Source of the DNA: Octopus vulgaris
Taxonomy: Eukaryota
NCBI GenBank assembly: GCA_951406725.2
Contig: OX597814.1
Span: 65,224,001-65,288,000, forward strand
Direction of reading: 5' to 3'
Length of the DNA: 64,000 bases
The first letter of the stretch is position 1, and every line of letters starts with the position of its first letter. Positions 1 to 11,839 of this stretch are shown in pieces. Position numbers and translations under genes: made by a program. The notes under the pieces are model-generated. The model had not been told where the DNA came from, did not search any database, and saw only the letters and a list, made by a program, of their open reading frames with translations.

Positions 1-208
1 AACAGTAAACTACATGAAATAGGAAGACACATGGGTTCAATACGCAAACAACAGGACAAGTAACACAAAGAGCGACCCTTCATCAGTTGTCGGCTGTCTA
101 TCTACTCCTCATTTCGAACATTGAATGACAACAGGAGTCTTCGAATGGAGTTCCTCCCATAACACACGCGCCCGCGCGCAAATGCACACACATATTGATG
201 CATATATA

Positions 209-331
209 TCCACCACCACCACCAAGTGACCGACCAGGTTATCAGATGTTGCTACACATCGCTGGCCACAATGCGCTTCGCATTGTTTTAGCCTTCAAAT
301 GACGCCACCCCGCTGGCTAAGCGAGCAGGCC
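209..331. mobile_element. short interspersed repeat fragment starting with (CAC)n
   Basis: GC-richer block (caccaccaccaccaagtgaccgaccagg...gctaagcgagcaggcc) sharply embedded in TA/CA microsatellite; resembles a recalled octopus repeat; class not determined. Confidence 0.4.
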
Positions 332-341
332 TCATGCATAT

Positions 342-394
<53 letters not shown>

Positions 395-469
395 TGTGTG
401 TGTGTGTGTGTGTATTTATATATATTTATGTATATATATATATTTATATTTATAATTTATAAACTAAAG

Positions 470-630
470 ATAAACAACGAACATGAGGACGTGCACATGA
501 AGTATATTAGCTTGACGCTCGGTGAAAGGAGAGGGTTTAACGTTTCGAGGATTGCTCTTCGTCGAAAAGGAGAAAGTGAAAGTCCAACGAAGGAAAAGAA
601 AAAGAAATCACCAAGGTGTCACATCGGTTC
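470..630 (-). mobile_element. Penelope-like pLTR remnant with minimal hammerhead-like motif
   Basis: Minus strand 567-537 reads tttCGACGA-a-gag-caatc-ctc-GAAAC-GTT-aa; the block sits between microsatellites. Confidence 0.45.
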
Positions 631-1074
631 TGTGTGTGTGTATATATATATATATATACATGTAGATACGTATGTATGTTTATATAAATATAAACATCTA
701 TGTATACATTCTTACATACATATATACACATATACATACGCACATACACATCTCTATATATATTAATTGGGGTAAAATTTTTGAAATGGACTCAGGAACC
801 TAGAGTTATGTACATTTCACATATTAATCTTCCTAAAATGGCGTTCATAAACTTTCAGTCTCTGATTTACGCCTGCAACTTTCTGCCTTCTAAAATATTA
901 CAGTTGCGTGTGTGTGTGTGTTTTGTATGTGTGTTTGTGTGTTTGTATGTTTGTTTGTTTGTGTGTGTATAGTTATGTGTATGTTAATATATATAGTTCC
1001 CAATGAGTATCTCTGTGCAATAGAGAAATACACGCACACATGCACACACTCACACACACATATATATATATATT

Positions 1075-1423
<349 letters not shown>

Positions 1424-2090
1424 CATATGCAAAGATGTGTCTAAAGCATGTCCAACAAAACAAATAAAGTGTGTTATGCGAAATAAATACAAAAGAAATA
1501 TATGAGGAGTAGAGTATATGTAGCCTTTATTGTAATGTCAGGGAGAGCTTATGCTATTTTTCGACACGGAGCTTGGGTTGGAATCTGCTCAAAGCAACAG
1601 ATGCCGTCCCTCAACAGATGCAACAGATGTGCGAGACAGACTCGCAAACCTTAACATGTAAATACATTCATTTGGAAAAGTGTCAGTGTGCTGAAGTGTA
1701 CGCACATTTACACATACACAGAGGCACACATTCATACACACACATGCACACATACACATATACATGTAAGTGTGCGTGCGGTGTCTGTAAGTATGTGTGT
1801 GTGTGTATTTGTGTGTGTGCATGTGTTTGTGTGACCATATGTGAATATGCCTGAATGGTATCTGCTTGTGCATGTGCATAAAATATGACCCGATGTTTGG
1901 ATATAAGTATAGTACAAGCATAATGCACGGTGACGTACATACACATATACATAATGCATAGAGAACCATATGCTGTTGGATAACATAGATATACATATTT
2001 AAAAACAAACTATGAAATAAGGAAGCATTGAAACATGTATATAATCAACGTTTGTGTCTTGAGACTGTATGTGAGTATACATATTTACAT

Positions 2091-2133
<43 letters not shown>

Positions 2134-2134
<1 letters not shown>

Positions 2135-2266
2135 GTTCTGAGTTCAAATTCCGTCGAGGTTGACTTTGCCTTTTATCCTTTCGGGGTCGATCAAATAAGC
2201 ACCAGTTACGAACTGGGGTCGATATAATCGACTTAATCCGTTTGTCTCTCCTTGTTTGTCCCCTCT
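2134..2266 (+). mobile_element. 5'-truncated tRNA-derived SINE, family A
   Basis: B-box gagttcaaattcc followed by ctttgcc..atcctttcggggtcga..aataagcaccagt; same family as 5041 and the 41588 array; flanked by (TA)n. Confidence 0.9.
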
Positions 2267-2270
2267 ATAA

Positions 2271-2315
<45 letters not shown>

Positions 2316-2316
2316 T

Positions 2317-2363
<47 letters not shown>

Positions 2364-4293
2364 TGCGTGTCTGTGTTCAAATGTGTGAACGCGGCGCGTG
2401 CACGTGTGTGTGCGTGCGAATATTTGAATGTTTGTGCATGTATGTACGTAGCCGTGTTCGGCGTGTTTGTGTGTAAACTTTACGTCTATGCTATTTATGT
2501 TACGTCAGTAGGATAGTCTGCAGCATATAATGAACATTACAAAATCATACTCGCTCACTTAGACAACTGGTTTTCAAAATAGTGTTACACATGACGGAAC
2601 ATTGAAATATTTGAACGACCTCAATTCTACTTTGTACATAAATATTTATCAACTAACTTACAGTTATTTCAGTTTTGTGGTGTCAGTCATTGTAACACTT
2701 GCTAAAAACTTATTGGCTGTTTGGAGTTCAAATCTCGGCAAGGTCAGATTTAACTTTTGTTGTCGAAGGCTCAGTAGCATAAATTATGAAGTTATGGGAG
2801 ATGATTAAATCAGCTACAAACTCTTGCAATGACTGGATTTTTGTCATATAGAAATCAAATAATTATTATTTTGAAATCAGAATTATAATTTCAACAACAG
2901 TTATGTAACATAATGGTGTATTATGTAAAAATGGTTATATATATACATATATATATATATACGGTGTTCGTTCATATAATAACCAATTACTATGTTAACA
3001 TTTCTCCTGTCAGCGTTTTGTCCTCCTCAGTGTAGGACCGATGGCTTCGATGCATTCAGCGGCCAAGACTTTTATGGTATAGTCGTTTGTATGTGCTGAC
3101 GCAACTCCCCTACATCCTAGTTTATGCGGAATGCCTCTCGAAACTTCTAGCATCAACAGTACTGATTCAAGAGCTACTAGGTACAGAATGGGTTAAAAGG
3201 GCAGCCATGACAGACTATAAACTTAATACTAAATGGTTCCGATAGATGGCCATTTATTGTGGTGAGCGAACAGGTGTCGCTTTACATTGCAGTAATTCTA
3301 CTGTGGAAGACGAGACTGAAAGCAACCGTTGCGAGGACAGCTACGAAATGAAAAAAACTTTCAATAAGTTCGAAACAATTTAATTTATCTAAATTGATAT
3401 TTGTTCCCGTAGCAAGTGCTTTTCCCACACTCTCTATGATCTATAACTTGAGTTTGAGATGGTCACGGATAGATCTGATTGGGCTGATGCATATCTTTCA
3501 TTCACCTGCCCAAGTATCGATGATATGCCCCAACCTTTTAGCTAATACCTCAGACAAACACCATCTTATAGGGATACAAGGCTAAAACTGATAAAATCAC
3601 TCTCTTGGCGTGGGTCGTTTCTCACCACTGCCTTAACAGCTCGTTTACCAGTAGTGCTGGTAATTTCTTCATTCTACAGCTCGAGCAGACATCTATCACT
3701 TTCCGTATTTGATCAGATGTTATCACTTTTTACAGAATTCTGCATTTGTATCCAAGAACCAATGTAAATCCTTGCGGTATTCGGTGAAATTCATCAGTGC
3801 ATCTGGTTCATTATACGCTCCAAACAGCTGAAAGAAGGCCACAGAAAAGCCGCTCATATCTACGCGGATTCGAGCAGCAAGCACGCGTCCAGTTCTGTCA
3901 AAGACAAAATTGTACTTCTGTCACCACTCTGCATTTCTACTATCCGCACTCACTAAACAGCTTACGTTTTTTCTTAATTTAGAGTGGTTGCGTTAACGAA
4001 TTGGTCTACAGCCATCATGCAGCTACAATGTTGGTCGCAGTATCTTTCTCAGGCACCTCTTCGAAGTTATTAAGTAGATGTCCCTCTCTTCTATCGCTGC
4101 TCTTTATCACTGCTCATATTTTTTCCTAGTGTGCAGTGGTAGTGTGCTGAGGAATTTGATTTCGCGAGCGCAGGTCGCACGTATGATCCCAGTCAGCAGT
4201 GCCTTGAACAAGTGTTTTATACCTTCGCCTAGAATTCACAAATTAAATATTGAGTGGAGGAGTGTAACAGACAAAAAATGTAACTATTCATCG

Positions 4294-4399
<106 letters not shown>

Positions 4400-4417
4400 C
4401 AATAAAACATATATAAA

Positions 4418-4695
4418 AAAACAATTGCAGCGTGGAAGGTGTTTATAAGCCATTTAAGAAACACACAAAAACCGTTAGATTCACTTTAACATTTCAATTT
4501 AATTTGTCAGTGAACAAACAGGTCGCGGTCTCAAAGCGACGAAAATATTTTGACAAATTAAATTTAAATGTTAAAGTGAATCTAACGGTTTTTGTGTGTT
4601 TCTTAAATGGCTTATAAACACCTTCCACGCTGCAATTGTTTTCGTTCCAGCACATGATCTCAGATCAGCTCACTTGCTATGCAAGTATATCTCCG
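4418..4695 (+). mobile_element. fold-back non-autonomous element, copy 1 (Penelope-like, hammerhead-like centre)
   Basis: About 92-bp inverted arms 4418-4509 and 4551-4642 with one mismatch; homologous to 37682-37953; next to (TA)n. Confidence 0.85.
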
Positions 4696-4746
4696 GAATA
4701 TAAAAAAAGCATATTGTAAAGAATAGAGCTGTAAGTATTACAACTA

Positions 4747-4826
4747 AGATTTAAATTTTCGACATAAAATTGCATAAGGTTTCGTATCCGCAAAGCCAAA
4801 GCCTCGTGGACAGCTCGTCAGAATCT
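4747..4826 (-). ncRNA. type I hammerhead ribozyme-like motif (degenerate)
   Basis: Minus strand: agatt-CUGACGA (4821-4815), long stem II (g.tgtcc..ggata.c), GAAAC (4783-4779), stem III, GUC (4763-4761), ..aatct; lies downstream of a Penelope endonuclease. Confidence 0.65.
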
Positions 4827-5040
4827 ATACAAGGATTAAAGCATATTAACTTTCTACGTCGCTGACGTGAGGAAATGGAGATTCAGGGGTTGTTTCCCCT
4901 AAACCAAAGCATTAAAAAAAAAGCCTAATAGACCCGAAAACGCCTAACCAGCAAACGGGGAGTGCCAATTGTCCAGTAAGTAGCGCTTGAAGTGGACATA
5001 TTTAGAGAAAACTTCTCTACGACTATTTAATTTGCCAGGT

Positions 5041-5254
5041 AAGGCGGTGAGCTGGCAGAAACCTTAGCACGCCGGGTGAAATGCTTGTCGGTAATTCGTC
5101 TGTCTTTACGTTTTGAGTTCAAATACCGCCGTGGTCGACTTTGCCTTTCATCCTTCCGGTATCGATAAATTAAGTACTAGCTGCATACTGGTGTCCATCT
5201 AATCGACTGGCCCCCTACTCCAAAATTTCGGGCCTTGTACCTAGAGTATAAAAG
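5041..5254 (+). mobile_element. full-length tRNA-derived SINE, family A, inserted in Penelope ORF
   Basis: ggcggtgagctggcagaa head, B-box gagttcaaatacc; degenerate 17-bp TSD tatttaaNNNgccaggt at 5024-5040 and 5255-5271. Confidence 0.9.
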
Positions 5255-6748
5255 TATTTAACGCGCCAGGTTTAGTATAGTCATTACGAATTTTGGCGCT
5301 CTCCACGATGCAGATTTTGCAACGGCCACTCTCATTAATATATAGGCTTCGATATCTATTATTTTCCACCTGATATCACATGGGGTCCTTTATCTTTGAG
5401 GTGCCACACATGGCGGGCCAGAGACACGACAAACCGTCTTTCTGGGGCACTGAAGGATGACTGGTGTTGCGAAGCGACGTTTGAAAGATGTACTGGCCGA
5501 TCCGATATATTTACAACTTGGGATGTGGCTAAAATTGCACTCCTGGTATATCTCTGATAGACTCCGGGCCTGGAGATGCTGTTGGCAACACCGTTGCTGA
5601 CGCAGTCGATATCTGGCAGTGTTATCGCCGTGGTTATCAATGATCCAGCGGTGTTATCGCCGTGGTTATCACTACTGGTCATGCGGTTGGCGATGTAGCT
5701 GCCGGCGTTAGTGCGGAGCCAGTCATCCCATTAGTGTCGATGATAATTGTTTAGTCATCAACTGTTTTGTAGAATTGCGAACGCCGGATACCTCTTCTGT
5801 GTCGCCGGTCCTGGCGATTGTACTTTTGTTACATATAGTGCAACATGGCGATTGAACTCGTAGTAACATATGGTGCGGGGCTGGTCACTCTGTCTATGTC
5901 TATGATAATGGTTTGTTAATCATTTGTGGTGGAGTACTGGGGACATAGGCTACGTTCTCTATGACGCTGGTTCCGGAATGGTCATGATCTTTGGCAGTGG
6001 CGATTGTACTGGCGTGAGATCTGGTTAATCTACTAATATTGCTGTTGGATGGTACATTGCTGGTAATACGGATAGCAGGTCTAGGTGTCACCGTAACTTC
6101 ATAGATGACTCCTTCAGGCTCGCATCGGTCTCCTACTAGACAGTTAATATATACACTGCAAGAACAACTTGCCTCCTTCCTTGTATTGTGGGTACTTGTT
6201 AGGTGCACAACTAAAGGAGACAATTAGGTTGTGCCTGTTAAATAATTGCCTGTATCTATTTGTGTATGTGTGAAAGGTTTATCTATTAATTTAAGGAAAG
6301 TCCTTCCCACACAAGTCTTCACACACACTCACACATATATATATATATACATACATAATACATACATACATATATACATACATACATATGAATATGTATG
6401 TATATATGTATATGCACACACTTATACACACTTGCATTTGTATGTATGTATGTATGTATGTATGTATGTATGTATGTATGTATGTATGTATGTATGTATG
6501 TAGGTAGGTAGGTAGGTAGGTAGGTAGGTAGGTAGGTAGGTATAGCAATATGTGTATGTGTATAATTTTGCCAGTATGTGAGAGTTGATAATCTCACGCA
6601 ATTATATTTCATATAGAACTCCATCCATTAGATTCTGCTTATTTTGAATGGAGGCATCTTGTCTAGGAATATTTATACCATTTTAACACCTTCACGGCAG
6701 TTAATATTTGTGTAAACCTTTGTAATATATATGATAGTATACATTATG

Positions 6749-6840
6749 TCCGCGGAGGTTGACATTGCCTTTCATATTTTCGGTGTCGATAAAATAAGTA
6801 CTACTTGAGCACTGGAGTCGATGTAATCGACTTATCTCCT
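6749..6840 (+). mobile_element. SINE family A fragment
   Basis: gcctttcat..ttcggtgtcgataaaataagtact..gcactggagtcgatgtaatcgactta. Confidence 0.75.
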
Positions 6841-7660
6841 CATTGTTAACGTTGAACCAAAATTTTAAATCAGTATATGTATTCATGTATAATTGTCCGA
6901 TTATATTGAGATTACATAGGTATTATACGTTTTTAACGTGACAAATGTAACACTAACGATGTATGTGTACAATGCGACATTCTGACTGCGGTGAGTTGCA
7001 TAATTTCTATACATGGCTGATTGCATGAGTAGTTCTGTTCCACTAAATTTGTTTCGGGTTCAATGTTAGTATGTTGTATTTTTTGCTTACCACGCCTTCA
7101 GAACGGTGTCTCCGATGAAAGTATTAAATTTTAACAATTTATAATTATTTGTTTGCTAATTGTTATCCTCGAGACACTATATTATATATTTACTTAGCAC
7201 TAGCAGACTCCTTTGTAATGTTTGTATTATATATCTTTATGTCGTGGTTGCTGTAATGATACATATTTCAAAGAAATTTTAAACTTCAAATTTGAAATTT
7301 AAACTTTCTTTGTAATCTTTGTATCATTACAGCATATGTATCATATGTATCATTATGAAAATATAAAATCGTGCATTCTACTTCTATCCTTCTACTTTTG
7401 AGCAGAATGTCTTTAAAACATTGGATAATGAGTGAGACAACATTGAATACTTACATTGGGCAATATCTCAGAAAATGAGAGTTGATACGAGAGTGAATTA
7501 GCGTATGTTTGTACTAAGATCAGGTTATCATTTAATAGAATGGAAGAGGCTTCTTGTCCATTACCAATATTTTAAAATTATGAGTGCTTCGAGTTCCACT
7601 GATCAAAAAGGAAAAAAAATTCAGATTTCTAATCTTCTCTGGGAAGTTTATAAATCAGAG

Positions 7661-7725
7661 GTTAACAATCTTTTTTGACGTTAACAATCTTTTTTAACAA
7701 TCTTTGACGTTAACAATCTTTTTTT
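7661..7725. repeat. short tandem repeat ttaacaatcttt x4
   Basis: Four imperfect units visible. Confidence 0.75.
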
Positions 7726-8817
7726 AAAAATTATTTTGGCATTTGAAGATATAATTTCATATATGTTTTTGCGAAACAAATTTCATCATACTTTTGAAAG
7801 TATTCAATAGATATTACAAATGAGGTGTGGAAATACTCTCACAAGTTTAGTTCTAACTAATGAGAGTGAAAACAGAACCAAAATAAGAAGAATATGCAAG
7901 AGTTTCTTTGGGCTGCTGTTTCGTCAAGAGTTCTAAAATACCAGAAATAGTGTTTCGCTCATGATGTGGGCGTCTCAGATCCTTGAAGACACAATACAAG
8001 GCCAGCAGTAGGTATGAACAGTGAGTCTAATTTTTAGAGAGAACGTTGGTCTTGCCGATAGAAGAGAGTGAGGTCTAACAGGAAGTACTAAGAAAAGTAA
8101 GGAAAGAATATACATGCACGCATGTATGCATACATAATACATATATAATACATATATAATACATACATACATACATACATACATACGTACATACATACAT
8201 GGTGATTACTCCATCTCCCTATATGACTAAAGTGTTCTTGTCCTTCCTCGTTGTCAGTGGCATCACTGACTTTCCATCCATGAGTTCTCAGATGAGTTCT
8301 GTAGTAGATTTGAAGAATAGTTGAGAATCAAAGGTTATAATTTACAGTGCGCTTCCAACTGGTTAGTTCTGCACACGTTGACACTCTTCTATCGCCATAG
8401 ATGTGATGACAAATGGAGTCAACATGAAGAGATATCTTTGCGACATTGGATTACAGTGATAAACGCTTGTATAACAAAAGTACCACTCCGTGTCATCGTG
8501 ATTGAAACCTAGTGATAGTGTTCTAATGATAATGTGTGTGTCAGACAGAAAAAGAGGGAGACAGACTGTTTGTGTGTTTCTGTAGCTTATCTGTGGACAT
8601 TTTTATCGAATGACTTGCACCTACGTAGAGTGTTTATTGTAAAATTTAAGCCAACTCTATTTTCTTTTTTTGTTACGAAATTTGTGACGAAATTTCATTA
8701 ACACGAAAATTAATATTGCCAAGCTATATTCGATAAAGTTTCTGCATACGGTTAATATTTATATTTAGGAGAATATTTTATTTCTTGAATAGAGTCAATA
8801 CATTTTAGAAACACATA

Positions 8818-8984
8818 GGCGTGGCTGTGTGGTGAGAAGTTTGCTTCTCGCTCACATGGTTCCGGATTCAGTGACACCTTGGGCAAGTGTCTTTTACTGT
8901 AGTCTCAGGTTGAGCAAAGCCTTGTGGGTGAGTTTGGTAGACGGAAACTGAAAGAAGCCCGTCGAATATGTGTGTGCCTTTGTG

Positions 8985-9032
<48 letters not shown>

Positions 9033-9210
9033 TGCGTGTGTGTTTGTGTGTGCGTGCGTGTTTTGTCCTCCACAACCGGTGTTAGTGTGTATACGTCTTC
9101 GGAACTTAGAGGTTCCACAAAAGTACCAGGCCTCAAAAAGCACTAACTCATGGTGGTGATCCAGCATGACCGCTGTCTACTGACTGAAATAAGTAAAAGT
9201 TTAAAGATAA
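8818..9210 (+). mobile_element. tRNA-derived SINE, family B (CORE-like), with internal (TG)n
   Basis: gtggctgtgtggtgaga head, ccttgggcaagtgtctt, gacggaaactgaaagaagcccgtcg, (TG)n, 3' tail; multicopy in window. Confidence 0.85.
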
Positions 9211-10134
9211 GTTGGTAAACCTTCCTAAATCTATACTATTGTCTCTCGGTAAGAATACCCTATCATTCTGGTGACTCTACAGATATTATAACTGAGAAAT
9301 ATTTAGTAGAATGACTGGCTAAATCAGTTTTAAAGTTTTATTTCCTGTTTGCATTCAAAATGTCAACACTGCCATTACTTAGTTTTATATTCCATTCTGA
9401 AGACCGGAAAGCTCATAGAATAGATATGAACTATGTAATTTAGCAGTCGGATCAGCTGCGTTACAGTAACAGTTTGTTGGTATTGTGCCGAATCATAAAC
9501 ATTTTTCTCCTTAAAAATTCATATAGTACCCAACTGGATTAATGACATTCTTTCATAATTTCGATGGTGACATACGTAATACGAAAACATACAAGGGGAT
9601 TATAGTATTGATACAGAACTAAACACGAATGCTGCAACACATATTACATAACAGCATATTATATGACAAAATTATTCTCATATTACAAGAAATGTTGTAA
9701 AAGAACATACTTTGCGTGATAATCATTGATTGTAAGAGAAATTCAGGCCATATTAAAAGATTTAACATGCGTGAAATCCCTGCATAGATATACAGAAATA
9801 ATTCGTAGACATAATGTCGACAAATACAAGTCTGGGATGTGAAGTGTTACAACGGTATTGTTATTGAAAAGAGCTATAAAATTATTAATATAAATAGATT
9901 TCAAAGCTGTGACCTATCAGACAATGCATTGAAAAATATAATCGACCTCTTCTGCTGATTGAGTTCTCTGTAAATCTTGCCCAATAAATTGTTCATAAAT
10001 ATTATGAGGTGGTAGAAGTCACTATGTCATATATATTTACAATATTGAAAATGAGTAATTATATATATGCTTATATACATGCATATATACAAAACACGTA
10101 CTTACACACATTCAATGAACAATATATGGATTTA

Positions 10135-10237
10135 ACTATAGTAGAAGACACTTGCCCAAGGTGCCACGCAGTGGGACTGAACCCGGAACCATGTGGTTGG
10201 TAAGCAAGCTATTTACCACACAGCCACTCTTGCGCCT

Positions 10238-10238
<1 letters not shown>
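10135..10238 (-). mobile_element. SINE family B head
   Basis: Reverse complement ggcgcaagagtggctgtgtggtaa...gggttcagtcccactgcgtggcaccttgggcaagtgtcttc. Confidence 0.9.
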
Positions 10239-10308
<70 letters not shown>

Positions 10309-10389
10309 TACATAAATAAGGATATGATAGTTATTTAAATACCGATCTTCTCAGGTGGCCAGCATGGGAATAAAAAACCTTCAAACGTA

Positions 10390-11620
10390 ATAATTATTAT
10401 TAAAATTATAATTTAGGGTATCTAAGAGATACCACTACACTGGACATAGCAGTCAAAATCTGAATCTACAGCACCAGGTGAGAAGACAAGTAGACAAAAT
10501 ATACTAGCAAAAAAATTGCTCTGCCTTACCGAAAGTTTTACAGACTTCAACTGTTCCATTGATGAATTGGATATTTTCTCTTTGAATCAACTTTCTACTT
10601 TCCGGTTTTGAGAAGCCTAATTTCTCAAGTTTGGTATTTAGGCAATGAGATACATATTCCAATACCACAAGTGTACACAGGTTCTCTTCTCTATACCGAA
10701 TCATTATATCAGGTCTGTTGTGCATACAATTTATTGAGGTTTTCACTGGGACATTCCACCAGTACTCTTTATCATGAGTGACTATAACTTCTACCATACT
10801 ATAGGTTCTTATTTCTTTGTCCTCGTGGTTATCCTTCCGACGTATTCATTATATACTGTCCCAGCTACAACATCATGTCTCATCGGTACATAATACAGTG
10901 ATGACATTTTCGGACAACTGCTTATGATGTATGTGATAGTTTCGGTGTTAACTCCACAAAGTCTCCATCGGCTGACACATTTTACTGCTTTTCCTGCATC
11001 TCTATTCCTTTTGTGTATCAGGCATTTAGTTAGATTTTCCTGGTCCTGGATTGCAAACACATACCCTTCAAAATGGGAGTTAGTAATCCTGTTATTGGTC
11101 CATGATAGACCGTTTTGATGAACGAAGTTAATATCACCTCGGAACGTTCTAAGGTAACCATCCATGGTCTTCTGCGCATCCATGCTCTTCCTGTTATCTG
11201 ATGATTCGTTGCGGTAGAGTCGTGCGACTTATTTGGGCATGTATTCTAGGTTATCGGACAAGGAATGCTGCACAAGTAGCTGCCTTCCAAGTCTTATGAT
11301 GTTATCAGCCTCAAGTATGCAAACTTGGTCAAGGGATTCACTTCGACACTTGCTGGTTAAAAAATGTTGCCGAAGGTATATGATATGACATTCAAAGGCA
11401 TCTGGGATGGACGTTAAGCCTTTGCCACCTTGTTTTCATTTTAGGTAGAGGGTGGTCTACGTCTGTGTTTATGTGGAAATTATATGTACTTATTGGTACT
11501 TTCCGGGTTTTCACATCAATAGCTTGTGTCTCTTCAAACGTCCTATCAAGCAGCTCAAATTTTACTATGAGTACTGGTTCTGCAAACACAGTGTCGGTCA
11601 TTGTTTTATTAAATGCAAAG
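10390..11620 (-). mobile_element. RLE-type (R4/R2-group) non-LTR retrotransposon, 3' fragment, pseudogenic
   Basis: AIDVKTRK..NFHINTDVD, EGYVFAIQDQE, RLCG..ETI..IISSCPKM..RHDVV, HNRPDI. Confidence 0.85.
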
Positions 11621-11839
11621 AGTTCTGAGATTCAAATTTTCCTTATTTCTAAATCTAGCAATTGGTGGTGGTGGATGGAAACATAACAATAATACACACG
11701 CGTATATATGTGTGTATTTTATGTGTTTGTATGTGTGTGTCTGTGGATGTATCTATATTTGTCCACCGCACCGCTTGACAACTGGTTGGGTTTGTTTATT
11801 TATCCAAATTTAGCGTTTCGGTGAAGACTGAAAAAATAA

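Larger units (their letters stand above)
4740..6240 (-). mobile_element. Penelope-like element 3' remnant (GIY-YIG endonuclease pseudogene plus 3' UTR)
   Basis: Minus-strand motifs CSC..NCLVGDRC..EGVIYEVTV, YIGSASTSFKRRF/HQSSF, SLARHVWHLKD, GRCKICIVE..I, LNSRREVFSKYVH; frameshifts; interrupted by a SINE. Confidence 0.8.

Noticed and set aside
60-150. CUGAUGA on the minus strand as a hammerhead
   Set aside because: No stem II plus GAAA follows within the window, and no consistent fold could be built.
3900-4270. pogo/Tigger transposase remnant (KALL..EIKFL on minus strand)
   Set aside because: Similarity is too weak; no catalytic motifs or TIRs found.
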